Below, in pieces: positions 9,873-18,939 of a DNA stretch of 64,000 bases; the stretch's first letter is position 1; the number at the start of each line of letters is the position of its first letter. A model generated the notes under the pieces. The model made no database searches, had not been told where the DNA came from, and saw only the letters and a program-made list of their open reading frames with translations. Source of the stretch: a virus; the IMG/VR virus record IMGVR_UViG_3300046804_001245, positions 32,001-96,000 of that record, one strand, 5' to 3'. Both the position numbers and the translations under genes were made by a program.

Positions 9873-9943
9873 TGCTATAATATATGTGGGTCGCCGTCAG
9901 GGGCCCACATATTAATTTATTCGCTTGAAGGAGGAATAAAATG
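9873..9943 (+). promoter_or_regulatory. extended -10 promoter and ROSE-like RNA thermometer of hsp20
   Basis: TGcTATAAT 9873-9881; hairpin TTATTC-G-CTT-GAAG-GAG-GAATAA (9917-9939) with UCGCU opposite the SD. Confidence 0.6.
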
Positions 9944-10450
9944 GTTACAAACCTATCATTGGATCTTTTTAAAGATCCATTTTTTATTGGCTGGGATCGC
10001 CATATTAAAGATCTTGAAAAACTTATGGGTGCATCTACTAATTACCCGCCATACAATCTAAAACAAATTGGAGAAGACTCCTATGCTGTTGAAATTGCTT
10101 TGGCAGGATTTAGCAAAGAAGACATCACGGTAAAACAGGAAAAAAATGTTTTAACGATTACTGGTGAAAGCAAATCAGACACCAGTAGCACCTACATTCA
10201 CAGAGGCATTGGAGGTCGCAATTTTACAAGAACATTTTCTCTTGCAGAATATGTTGAAGTACATAGCGCTATAATGCTACAAGGAATGCTAATAGTTAAT
10301 TTAATCAAGAGGGTTCCAGAGGAAGCAAAACCAAAAGTGTTTTCAATTACTGATGGTGATGAATTAGCCGCAATTTCTGGCGCAGAGCAGGATGAAATGC
10401 TTGAGCAGGCAGAAAAAGAAGGCCTCTTGAAACGCAAGAAGAAGAAATAG
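9941..10450 (+). CDS. small heat-shock protein Hsp20 (IbpA-like)
   Basis: NYPPYNL, EIALAGF, YIHRGIGGRNFTRTFSL, GML.V.L..VPEEAKP. Confidence 0.95.
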   Translation: MVTNLSLDLFKDPFFIGWDRHIKDLEKLMGASTNYPPYNLKQIGEDSYAVEIALAGFSKEDITVKQEKNVLTITGESKSDTSSTYIHRGIGGRNFTRTFSLAEYVEVHSAIMLQGMLIVNLIKRVPEEAKPKVFSITDGDELAAISGAEQDEMLEQAEKEGLLKRKKKK

Positions 10451-10459
10451 TATAATGGT

Positions 10460-10548
10460 ATCCTGGGCATCGCAGCCTAGGATCGTCGGGGAAGACAGCG
10501 ACGAAAAATAACTGGTATAGTCCTGAGCATGACTGTAAAAAACTGCTC
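10460..10548 (+). ncRNA. structured leader: two hairpins plus H-type pseudoknot
   Basis: TATAAT just upstream; ATCCTGGG/CCTAGGAT and CGTCG/CGACG stems; P1 TATAGTC/GACTGTA, loop CTGAGCAT pairing with downstream TGCTC. Confidence 0.55.
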
Positions 10549-10566
10549 CTTAAATTTAGGAGATAA

Positions 10567-10749
10567 ATGCCAGCGTATGATTACAAGTGTGTGATATGTT
10601 CATACACAAAAGAAATACCTAAGCCAATAACGCAAGCTGATATGGTTGAGCTTTGTGAAAAATGTGGTGCTGCAATGGTTAAACAATACGGTACATTTGG
10701 CATTCAATTCAAGGGCACAGGCTTTTATAAAACAGACAACGCTAAATAA
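10567..10749 (+). CDS. FmdB-family zinc-ribbon protein
   Basis: MPAYDYKCVIC...CEKCG...FKGTGFYKTD. Confidence 0.9.
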   Translation: MPAYDYKCVICSYTKEIPKPITQADMVELCEKCGAAMVKQYGTFGIQFKGTGFYKTDNAK

Positions 10750-10798
10750 TTTAATGTTATAATTAACTTGTTACAAAAGTTGTAACAAGGAGTTTAAG

Positions 10799-12322
10799 TT
10801 GACTGGAACTAAATTATGGAGACTATCATTAGCCGCAATTTTAATGTTTGGCTGGGTTTTTCTTGTTCCATCAAATGCATACGCAACTTGCGTTAACTAT
10901 TTACAGTCACAAACAATAGCAGCCGCCTACGAGGGCGACCCAGCCCCAACAGTCAATACGATGGATACATGCGGCGGCGACGATACATCTTATCAAATTC
11001 CAATAGCTACAACAATAACATTTGACGGTGTACAGTATTCAAATGTATACGCAACAACTAACTCAGTAATTACATTTGGACAGGCAGATAATACGTATTG
11101 GGATTATCCACAAACCCCGTCAATTTCTTTATATTCTATGGATTGGGTTACTGGTTGGTATGGCGCTCCAAATACTTTAGACATATTATATTCAGAAGGC
11201 GGATTTCAATTAAATATGCAGGCTATTCCATTTGGTCAATGGGGGGCTGAGCCAAGCACTATAAATATATTAGTAGCTATTACTAATACTGGAAGTCTTG
11301 CAGTATCATATAGTTATCAAGGACCAGAATATAATAATATGAGAACTGGCGTTAGGCTACATGATGGATCTATTGTGTCTTTAGAAGCATGGGGAGCAAC
11401 ACAGATACAGCCAGGATCTTCTACTCCAACACTAGAGCCAGAGCCAGTTGTTGTTGGACCAACACAAGAACAGTTAGCAGTACAAGAAGAAATGCGTGTT
11501 ACTGCAAATTTAATTGCTAATGCAATTGCTAATGCACAAAATGTAGAGCCTAATCCTGAACCATCGCCTGAGCAAACTCAACCAATCGATCCCACTCCAA
11601 CTCCAACACCTGAAACAACTTCTGAACCAGAACCAACTCCAAGTCCTGAGCCATCGCCCACTGTTGAGCCTTCACCAGAGCCTTCACCTCAGCCAACGGA
11701 TATAGATCCAACCCCAGAGCCAACACCTGAGCCATCTCCAATCGAACTTTCTCCAGAACCATCTCCAGATAATACCACAGAACCAGAAATTGTGGTAGTA
11801 GAGCCAGAAGTAATTACTCCAGAAGATCCACGTTTTCCAGAAGAAGATATTGTAATATTAGTTGAAGATAAAACAGAAAATACAGAAGTGTCTGAAGATA
11901 TGTCCAGGCTACTTGCCGATCTTACAAGCAGCCAAACTCTTGCAACATTAAGTCCAGAACAGAAAGCTGCAGTCGCTTCCACTCTTGGCATTAGGTCTGA
12001 AGAGGTTACGAAAGTAGTGGAATTAGCAAAAACAAATGAGGCAGTAGCAGAAGCATTACAGGAATTTGGAAATAGGGCAAATAAAAATATTGATGCCCCA
12101 ATGCCATATACATTAGCAGATGCTGTAACAGAGGTTCAAACAGAAAAATTTTTGGCGGATCCAATAGGAACATTAACAGATATAGATTTAGAAAAAGTTT
12201 TAGACCCATCAGAATGGGGTAAAGATATGACAGATGACCAAAGAGAAAAAGCACAGGAAGTTGTTATTCCTGTAATTATTGCAAGTAATATTGTGGCAGC
12301 AGCCATGACAAGGAGGAAATAA
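10799..12322 (+). CDS. secreted/membrane-anchored protein with Pro-Glu-rich stalk
   Basis: Signal peptide, beta-rich N-domain, (PEP/TPE)n linker, C-terminal hydrophobic helix followed by RRK. Confidence 0.75.
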   Translation: MTGTKLWRLSLAAILMFGWVFLVPSNAYATCVNYLQSQTIAAAYEGDPAPTVNTMDTCGGDDTSYQIPIATTITFDGVQYSNVYATTNSVITFGQADNTYWDYPQTPSISLYSMDWVTGWYGAPNTLDILYSEGGFQLNMQAIPFGQWGAEPSTINILVAITNTGSLAVSYSYQGPEYNNMRTGVRLHDGSIVSLEAWGATQIQPGSSTPTLEPEPVVVGPTQEQLAVQEEMRVTANLIANAIANAQNVEPNPEPSPEQTQPIDPTPTPTPETTSEPEPTPSPEPSPTVEPSPEPSPQPTDIDPTPEPTPEPSPIELSPEPSPDNTTEPEIVVVEPEVITPEDPRFPEEDIVILVEDKTENTEVSEDMSRLLADLTSSQTLATLSPEQKAAVASTLGIRSEEVTKVVELAKTNEAVAEALQEFGNRANKNIDAPMPYTLADAVTEVQTEKFLADPIGTLTDIDLEKVLDPSEWGKDMTDDQREKAQEVVIPVIIASNIVAAAMTRRK

Positions 12323-12516
12323 TGAAAATAATTAAGGGAATCCTGAATTATGCTTGGGAGGTAATTAAAGAAAGCATTGCCCAAATATTTACCCTACTTG
12401 GATTTTTTATAGCATGGTTAACCCTTACAGGGACAGCCCAGCAAGTTGTAGGTATAGCAACAGTAATTTCTACTGTTATTTGGCTTGCTACCATCCCTCT
12501 TCGAAAAGAAGAATAG
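12322..12516 (+). CDS. small 2-TM membrane protein
   Basis: Two hydrophobic helices, AGGAGG RBS. Confidence 0.7.
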   Translation: MKIIKGILNYAWEVIKESIAQIFTLLGFFIAWLTLTGTAQQVVGIATVISTVIWLATIPLRKEE

Positions 12517-12534
12517 AAATGCTATAATAGAGGC

Positions 12535-12756
12535 ATGAGAAAATTAGGTGCCTCATTAGCTAGTTTGATGCTAGCCCTCACAGTTACATCGTGTAATTTT
12601 GATGGTTCATTCCGTTATGAATGCCAAGACCAATCAAATTGGGAAAAGGCAGAGTGTAATCCTCCAATTTGTGAGACTACTGGAACCTGTTCAAGAGATT
12701 TAGTAGGACAGGAAATATGGGATGAGTACCAAAAGACAAAGGTAAAAAATGGCTAA
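12535..12756 (+). CDS. putative lipoprotein
   Basis: Signal peptide ending LTVTSC; Cys-rich; leaderless after TGcTATAAT. Confidence 0.65.
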   Translation: MRKLGASLASLMLALTVTSCNFDGSFRYECQDQSNWEKAECNPPICETTGTCSRDLVGQEIWDEYQKTKVKNG

Positions 12757-13192
12757 AGAAAGATTAACTCCGCAAGATCTTGATGCAAGATTAAAATTCA
12801 TTTTAGGAATTACGCTTGGATCAATTCTATTCCTAACATCAATTGGAATTCTTTACGGATTGTTGTTTGTTACACAACCAATAGGAGCACAGTCAGAAAA
12901 TGACAAGATGTTCTTTAATGTATTGGGAAGCGTTGCAACATTTATTACAGGAACATTGGCGGGTCTACTAATTGGACAGTCTGGTGCAAAAGATATTATG
13001 AAGGCACAGTTAGACAATAAAGAAATGGACGCTAAGAATACTCAGGCGGATAAGAAACTTGAGTCAGAATTAGAAATTAATGAATTGAAAGCAGATGTCG
13101 AAGCAGATGCAGTTAGAGCACGTCTTGCTGCAAAACCTGATGGCCAGATGCCAGCAGAACAACCAATAGATCTAGATTGGGATAAGGACTAA
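12749..13192 (+). CDS. 2-TM membrane protein, holin candidate
   Basis: Two TM helices, charged tail, immediately upstream of endolysin. Confidence 0.55.
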   Translation: MAKERLTPQDLDARLKFILGITLGSILFLTSIGILYGLLFVTQPIGAQSENDKMFFNVLGSVATFITGTLAGLLIGQSGAKDIMKAQLDNKEMDAKNTQADKKLESELEINELKADVEADAVRARLAAKPDGQMPAEQPIDLDWDKD

Positions 13193-13194
13193 TC

Positions 13195-13734
13195 ATGTCA
13201 GATAATTTTCCAGTACCAGCAGAAACACCAAAAGCTCCAAAAGGTAGCGCTGCTCGTTTAATTCAGGTTGCTAAATCTCAGGTTGGATATATTGAGGGTC
13301 CAAAAGACAATGAGACAAAGTATGGTGCGTTCACAAAAGCTAATTTCCAGCCTTGGTGCGGATCTTTTGTAATGTGGTGTGCAGATCAAGCAGGAGTTAA
13401 AGTTCCAAACACCGTGTATACTCCAGGTGGCGCAGCAGCATTTAAAAAGAAAAACGCTTGGATTGACGGAGATCTAGCAGATCCAGAACCAGGAGACATT
13501 GCCTATTTTGATTTCCCTGCAGATGGAGTAGATAGAATTTCTCACGTTGGAATTGTTATTGAAGATAATGAAGACGGAACTGTTTGGTGTGTAGAGGGAA
13601 ATACATCAAGCAATAAAAAAGGTAGTCAAAGAAATGGCGGAGAAGCCTGCAGACAACTCCGTGCATTCAAAAAAAATAGTAAAAAGGTGCCAATTACCAT
13701 AGTAGGATTTGGACGCCCTAAATTTAAAGCATAA
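13195..13734 (+). CDS. CHAP-domain amidase/endolysin
   Basis: QVGYIEG..NETKYG, PWCGSFVMWC, PGDIAYF, SHVGIV, VEGNT. Confidence 0.9.
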   Translation: MSDNFPVPAETPKAPKGSAARLIQVAKSQVGYIEGPKDNETKYGAFTKANFQPWCGSFVMWCADQAGVKVPNTVYTPGGAAAFKKKNAWIDGDLADPEPGDIAYFDFPADGVDRISHVGIVIEDNEDGTVWCVEGNTSSNKKGSQRNGGEACRQLRAFKKNSKKVPITIVGFGRPKFKA

Positions 13735-13873
13735 TGAACACATATAAGGTAAAATTAGAGATTGAAGCAGAAATACAGGCATTCGATGAAAATGACGCTG
13801 TAGATTATTTGAACGATATATTCGGAGTTGATGACGAAGTCAGAAATGTCAAAGTTGTCAGCGTAAAGGAGAA

Positions 13874-14935
13874 ATGATGGCTAAAGAAGGATATTCGCCA
13901 ACGGCAGGAATGAAGTCCGCAGCAAAGCGGGCTATTCGTTGGAAAGAACAGGGTAAAGCAACAGGTGCAGGAACTGCAGTTGGCTGGACTCGTGCTGGAC
14001 AATTAGCTAGAGGTGAAACACTAAGCCTCTCTACTGTTAAGCGCATGTACTCCTTCTTTTCCAGACATGAAGTAGACAAAAAAGGTAAAGATTTTTATAA
14101 TACTTCTAACCCCTCAAATGGGCGGATTATGTGGGACGCATGGGGTGGAGATGCTGGTTTCTCTTGGTCTCGCAAAATTGTAGAAAGAGAAAAGAATATG
14201 AAAAAATCATATGTACAAGAAGACCTAATTGAAGAAATTAAAGATATGCTAACAGATGCAGTAGAGCCATTTGATACTGTTGTTGAAATTGATGACGACG
14301 AAGAAATCAAAAAAGCTTTACGTCCAGAAGTAACTAAAGAACAGCTTGGCATGGTAATTGAACATCTTATGGAAGCAATTGAAGGAATGATTGAAGTGCC
14401 AGAAGAAGAGTCCCCAGACTCAGAGTCTGATGCAGAAACGCCAGAAGCAGAAGACAATGGCGTTCCTCCTGTTGGAGACCCTATGAAGAATGAAATTAAT
14501 TATCCTGTTGCGAAAGTTCATGACGAAGAGGATAAAGAAGAAGTATATAAGTCTGATAATGAAGATGAAGATAAATGGGACAATGAAATGCAAAAGTGCT
14601 GGTCTGGGTATACGCAGGTTGGCATGAAAGAAAAGGGTGGACGTATGGTACCAAATTGTGTACCATCATCCAGCGTTAAGAAATCTTTATTTGCAGATAA
14701 ACTAGATCCATTTGATCTTGTAAAGCGTAAATTTACAGCAGAGCAACGCCGTAGCATGGCAGAAGAAGGCAAGGCCATGCCAGATGGGTCATATCCAATT
14801 GCTAACCGCACAGACCTAATGAATGCAATTCGTTCATGGGGACGTGGCGGAGCAGATCCAAAGGTAAAAGCACATATTAAGCGTCGTGCAAAGGCACTTG
14901 GCGCATCAGATATGATTCCAGAAAACTGGAAATAA
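13874..14935 (+). CDS. mosaic phage protein, probably head-associated
   Basis: Basic N-domain (GTAVGWTRAGQLARGETLS...RH), acidic linker, CWSGY..GMK.KGG..VPNCVP motif, C-terminal MPDGSYPI.N..DL.NAI domain. Confidence 0.65.
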   Translation: MMAKEGYSPTAGMKSAAKRAIRWKEQGKATGAGTAVGWTRAGQLARGETLSLSTVKRMYSFFSRHEVDKKGKDFYNTSNPSNGRIMWDAWGGDAGFSWSRKIVEREKNMKKSYVQEDLIEEIKDMLTDAVEPFDTVVEIDDDEEIKKALRPEVTKEQLGMVIEHLMEAIEGMIEVPEEESPDSESDAETPEAEDNGVPPVGDPMKNEINYPVAKVHDEEDKEEVYKSDNEDEDKWDNEMQKCWSGYTQVGMKEKGGRMVPNCVPSSSVKKSLFADKLDPFDLVKRKFTAEQRRSMAEEGKAMPDGSYPIANRTDLMNAIRSWGRGGADPKVKAHIKRRAKALGASDMIPENWK

Positions 14936-14938
14936 GTA

Positions 14939-14968
14939 TTGACATAGCCGCAGTAATTCCTGTATAAT
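14939..14968 (+). promoter_or_regulatory. housekeeping-sigma promoter
   Basis: TTGACA-N18-TATAAT. Confidence 0.75.
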
Positions 14969-15009
14969 ATATATATTGGGATGCTGCGGTTTAGTCTATA
15001 AAAGGGAAA

Positions 15010-15243
15010 ATGTTAAACCTAAATTTACAAGGTGTTGAAATCTTCATAAAAAAAGCGCAGACAGAAAAAATAAATACTTTCTGGGAAAATTATGATCTTT
15101 TAATATGGAATAAAAATATCAACGGATATACAAGCAAAAACGGCATGTTTCGAAAGAATACATGGGGGACGGCAGAAAGAATAGCCGTCAACAATAATGG
15201 TATATGGAAGCTTCCTATAAAGTATGTCAAATATTTTAAATGA
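15010..15243 (+). CDS. hypothetical protein
   Basis: 77 aa downstream of consensus promoter. Confidence 0.7.
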   Translation: MLNLNLQGVEIFIKKAQTEKINTFWENYDLLIWNKNINGYTSKNGMFRKNTWGTAERIAVNNNGIWKLPIKYVKYFK

Positions 15244-15535
15244 TTTAGGTGTAGATACAGACGATTTTGACTGGTGGCATCTAGCAGTATGTCGTGGAAT
15301 GGATACAAATCTATTCTATGATAAGTATGAAGTAGACGCCAACATAGCAAAAAATATAGACGACGCATGCTTGTCATGCCCAGTACTTAAAATGTGCTAT
15401 GAATCAGGCATAGAAAAAGCAGAGTATGGAGTATGGGGTGGCGTCTATATGTCATCAGGAGAAATAGATAAATCTAAGAATCTCCACAAAACTCCAGAAA
15501 TTTGGAAGAAACTAAGGAGTAAAGGTGTCGCTTAG
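15224..15535 (+). CDS. whiB: WhiB-family Fe-S transcription factor
   Basis: AVC...ACLSCPVLKMC...YGVWGG: four Cys plus the GVWGG turn. Confidence 0.92.
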   Translation: MSNILNDLGVDTDDFDWWHLAVCRGMDTNLFYDKYEVDANIAKNIDDACLSCPVLKMCYESGIEKAEYGVWGGVYMSSGEIDKSKNLHKTPEIWKKLRSKGVA

Positions 15536-15854
15536 CAATAGCAGTCATTTTTATGATAAAGGCCATTTCAAACATGGCATTAATCAATGGACGGGCGAAC
15601 CAAATAAACCAGTATTTTATAATGACGAAATGAAAAAAAAGATCAGAGAGATAAGGCAACCTATGTTGCTCATGATGGATATTGCAATGTACCCAGACTT
15701 TCTAGCGATCAGATTATACGAAGATAATTTTTTACAGTTTGACGGAAGCAAAAAAGAAGAAGTAATTTCTTATGTTGATAAGGTTAAAAAAGTAATAGAA
15801 TCATTTGGTGTAAGATGTGAACTAGAGGGGGTACCAAGTGCAAGAGTATTATGA
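15525..15854 (+). CDS. hypothetical protein
   Basis: 109 aa in operon with whiB. Confidence 0.7.
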   Translation: MSLSNSSHFYDKGHFKHGINQWTGEPNKPVFYNDEMKKKIREIRQPMLLMMDIAMYPDFLAIRLYEDNFLQFDGSKKEEVISYVDKVKKVIESFGVRCELEGVPSARVL

Positions 15855-16038
15855 GATAATTAACATTGTATATATATATGAAGAAAGAGTTTACGGAACA
15901 GTGGATAAGCTTGGAGCGTTTGCATCTTTGGTAAAATATAATAAAGACGGAATAGATTGCGAAGTTTTATTAGAAAATGACGAGTTCGCTATAGTAGACG
16001 AAATCGTATTTCATCACGTAGAGGAAGATAATGGATAA
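15838..16038 (+). CDS. hypothetical protein
   Basis: 66 aa, overlapping neighbours. Confidence 0.6.
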   Translation: MQEYYEIINIVYIYEERVYGTVDKLGAFASLVKYNKDGIDCEVLLENDEFAIVDEIVFHHVEEDNG

Positions 16039-16267
16039 GATATTATGCTATAGCTGTAGCAAGAGCAAGCATAAATTAAATGCAAAGAAGTCCTCTTTGC
16101 TTCCGATTAATTTATTGATGTGCGAGACCTGCATCAATTCTAAATTGGAGCCACGCTGGGTAATTATTTTGGCGGGAAGATCAAATGGCGCCGATCATGT
16201 CAGGGAATTTGTTCTTAAAAAGCGCTATATAGGAAATGAAATATCTGCGTCTGAACTATTAGTTTAG
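16031..16267 (+). CDS. Zn-finger hypothetical protein
   Basis: CYSC...CETC. Confidence 0.65.
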   Translation: MDKILCYSCSKSKHKLNAKKSSLLPINLLMCETCINSKLEPRWVIILAGRSNGADHVREFVLKKRYIGNEISASELLV

Positions 16268-16295
16268 ACCTATTTAACGGTATAATTAATCTATT

Positions 16296-16604
16296 ATGGA
16301 TTATACCTCTATTGTTTTGGCTATTTCTGCCGCCGTATTAAGCGGTATGGGTACGGCAATTGTGGCGGGGCTAAAAGAAAATAAAAGGGAAAAAACAAGG
16401 CGGCAAGAGCGGGAACAAGATCATCTTAAATTAGAGGTAAAAGACCTTAAAATTGAATTATATAAGCTTGAAAAAGAGCTGACAGACTGGAAGGATAAAT
16501 ATTATTCCTCTATCCAGGAATTAATCCAGGTTAAATCAGAGCTTGAAAATGCCCTTGTACAATTAAATATAATTGAATTGCAGGATGTAGACTCGGAATA
16601 TTAG
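16296..16604 (+). CDS. TM plus coiled-coil protein
   Basis: N-terminal hydrophobic helix then heptad repeats; leaderless. Confidence 0.7.
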   Translation: MDYTSIVLAISAAVLSGMGTAIVAGLKENKREKTRRQEREQDHLKLEVKDLKIELYKLEKELTDWKDKYYSSIQELIQVKSELENALVQLNIIELQDVDSEY

Positions 16605-16623
16605 AAATAGTACAATAGGGTAT

Positions 16624-17193
16624 ATGACCTGTATCGTAGCCCTATCTTCTGGGAACAAGGTATTTCTTGGAGGAGATTCTGCCGCATCAGATGAAAAGTC
16701 TGGTTTAATACTTCAAACAACAGATCCTAAAGTTTTTAGAGTGGGACAGTTTGGCGTAGGCTTTGTTGATTCTTTTAGAATGGGACAAATTTTACAATAC
16801 AACTGGACTCCGCCAATTTATAAGCCGACGGCAGGATATAAAAATTTAGATAAATTTATGCGTACTAAGTTTGTTGAATCTGTCAAAGAAGCTTATCAAG
16901 AACACGGATATGGAAGATTTGGTACAAGCGCTGGTGAAGATGGCGATGAAGGTGGAATTATAATTATTGCAGTACAAAATACTGGAAGAATATTTATTAT
17001 GGATGTAGACTATCATGTTGCTGAAGTTGATGTTGAATATCTTGCAGAAGGAAGCGGACAGCAAGTAGCGCTAGGATCTTTATTTTCCACGTCTACAATA
17101 AAGACTCCACGAAAGCGTGTAAGGATGGCTTTAGAGGCATCAGCCAAGTTCATAATGAGCGTAAGAGGCCCCTTTACAATTATAGAGGTCTAG
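16624..17193 (+). CDS. Ntn-hydrolase, HslV/proteasome-beta-like peptidase
   Basis: MTCIVA (N-terminal Thr), GGDSA, K, GSG...ALGSL, V..ALE.SA. Confidence 0.75.
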   Translation: MTCIVALSSGNKVFLGGDSAASDEKSGLILQTTDPKVFRVGQFGVGFVDSFRMGQILQYNWTPPIYKPTAGYKNLDKFMRTKFVESVKEAYQEHGYGRFGTSAGEDGDEGGIIIIAVQNTGRIFIMDVDYHVAEVDVEYLAEGSGQQVALGSLFSTSTIKTPRKRVRMALEASAKFIMSVRGPFTIIEV

Positions 17194-17208
17194 GAGTATA
17201 ATAGACAT

Positions 17209-17562
17209 ATGAAGTGGCTGAATCGTTTAGCCGCCCTACTGTTTGGATTAATTACAGTAGGATTAATAAGAGACTTCCTAGATAAGCATACTGTTATTGT
17301 ATTTGACAATCAGGAAGAAGATGAAGAGGATGAAGAAGTGGACGACATATTAAATCTTAAACCAGATAACTATGATAATGCCATGGATCTTCGTGGAACG
17401 CCGACTCATGTCTGTGCCTGCGGATGTAACATCTTCAACTTAAAAGTAATTTTTAATGAGAATGAAATCGCAACTTACTTCCTTGACATGGAATGTGCAA
17501 ATTGCGGCAGTCTCGCTACTGCTCCAACGCCAGTAGACTACATAGAAGGATTAGATAATTGA
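17209..17562 (+). CDS. TM plus Zn-ribbon protein
   Basis: N-terminal helix, acidic run, HVCACG...ECANCG. Confidence 0.7.
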   Translation: MKWLNRLAALLFGLITVGLIRDFLDKHTVIVFDNQEEDEEDEEVDDILNLKPDNYDNAMDLRGTPTHVCACGCNIFNLKVIFNENEIATYFLDMECANCGSLATAPTPVDYIEGLDN

Positions 17563-17741
17563 GAAAATCAGAAAGACTTAGAATTGCAGAATTAGAAATA
17601 ATTAGACTTACCTACGAAATAGAATATGTAAAAGCCATGTTGTCAGCAATCATTGAGGTTGGCGGAATGAAAGCCCCAGAGATGGATGCTGGAAAATGGT
17701 ACGCAAAGAAACCAAATAGACCAGATATTCCTAACAACTAG
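17559..17741 (+). CDS. hypothetical protein
   Basis: 60 aa, TTG start overlapping upstream stop. Confidence 0.55.
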   Translation: MRKSERLRIAELEIIRLTYEIEYVKAMLSAIIEVGGMKAPEMDAGKWYAKKPNRPDIPNN

Positions 17742-17779
17742 TATTGACGATCTAGTTGTCATTTAGTAGAATAGGCAAC

Positions 17780-18697
17780 ATGAATAAAAAACTAATGGCG
17801 GCTGTTGTAGCCTTAATTACAACTATCACATCAATCAATATGGTTCAGGCTAATCAGCCTGCTCCTGCAACGGTGGCAATTCTTGATACAGCTTTGAACG
17901 CAAATTTACCAGTGTTTAAAGATAGAATTGTTTATGAAGTATGTATTTTAGAATGGAATTCATGCCCAAATGGATCTAATTTTATGGAGGGTCCAGGAGC
18001 AGCATATATGCCATTATCACAAATGGTGGCAAATGGCTTTGATCATGGAACTAAAATGGCACATGCATCAGTATCAACTAATCCAAATATTGGAATTGTA
18101 TTCGTAAGGATTGTTGGAGCCACTTCAACTGGCGTAAGACAGATATACAATGAGGAAACTTTTGTTAAGGCTTTAAATTGGGTAAACGCAAACAAGTCTA
18201 AATTTAATATTCAGGCTGTGGCAATCTCTCAAGGACATCATAATTTAGCGCCTTTGGCTAATTATTGCCCAACAACACCAAATACTGTAAGTGCTATATC
18301 AACACTTGATTCGTCAGGAGTACCTGTTTTTATTGCTGCTGGTAATATGCGTGATCAAAAGCGTGTATCTTGGCCAGGTTGTATTAGTCAAGCAGTAACT
18401 GTATCTGCAACTTCAGTTACAGACGGAATTGCAGTTTATTCTAATTACGATTCTAATATCACAGATATGTTTGCTCTTGGTAGATTAAGACTTATTAATC
18501 CTAGTGGATATTTTTTCAACGAAGACGGCACGTCTGTTTCGGTACAAGTTGCAGCAGCAGTTTATGTTGGACTTAAATCAAAATATCCTTCATACACAAA
18601 ACAACAATTATTAGATTTGATTAAATCAAAATCCTACCCAGTAAAAAGTAAAACTATTTCAGGGTATGTTGTAAGCAAGGATATTTTAAATGGCTAA
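17780..18697 (+). CDS. secreted subtilisin-like serine protease (S8)
   Basis: Signal peptide; triad ILDTA / HGTKMA / GTS; oxyanion AAGN. Confidence 0.88.
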   Translation: MNKKLMAAVVALITTITSINMVQANQPAPATVAILDTALNANLPVFKDRIVYEVCILEWNSCPNGSNFMEGPGAAYMPLSQMVANGFDHGTKMAHASVSTNPNIGIVFVRIVGATSTGVRQIYNEETFVKALNWVNANKSKFNIQAVAISQGHHNLAPLANYCPTTPNTVSAISTLDSSGVPVFIAAGNMRDQKRVSWPGCISQAVTVSATSVTDGIAVYSNYDSNITDMFALGRLRLINPSGYFFNEDGTSVSVQVAAAVYVGLKSKYPSYTKQQLLDLIKSKSYPVKSKTISGYVVSKDILNG

Positions 18698-18902
18698 TCA
18701 AGTCACCGTATTAGAAGGAATAATCGGAGACGTTGCAATTGCGTTATATCAGAAATGGTATAACGCAATGCCATTAGAAGAAAGAAATGAAATGGCAGAA
18801 GCAGCGTTGAAGAAAAATGCACAAGAAAGCACATTATTTGTTATCCAAATGTTTATGGATAAATTCAACCAAGCAGCAGAAGAATTAAAAAATCAAGACT
18901 AG
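18690..18902 (+). CDS. hypothetical protein
   Basis: 70 aa helical. Confidence 0.65.
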   Translation: MANQVTVLEGIIGDVAIALYQKWYNAMPLEERNEMAEAALKKNAQESTLFVIQMFMDKFNQAAEELKNQD

Positions 18903-18939
18903 TATTGACTAGCCTTATACTATTTAGTAAGATAGGACT

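Noticed and set aside
11103-11111. DnaA box TTATCCACA
   Set aside because: Single copy inside a coding sequence; compatible with chance.
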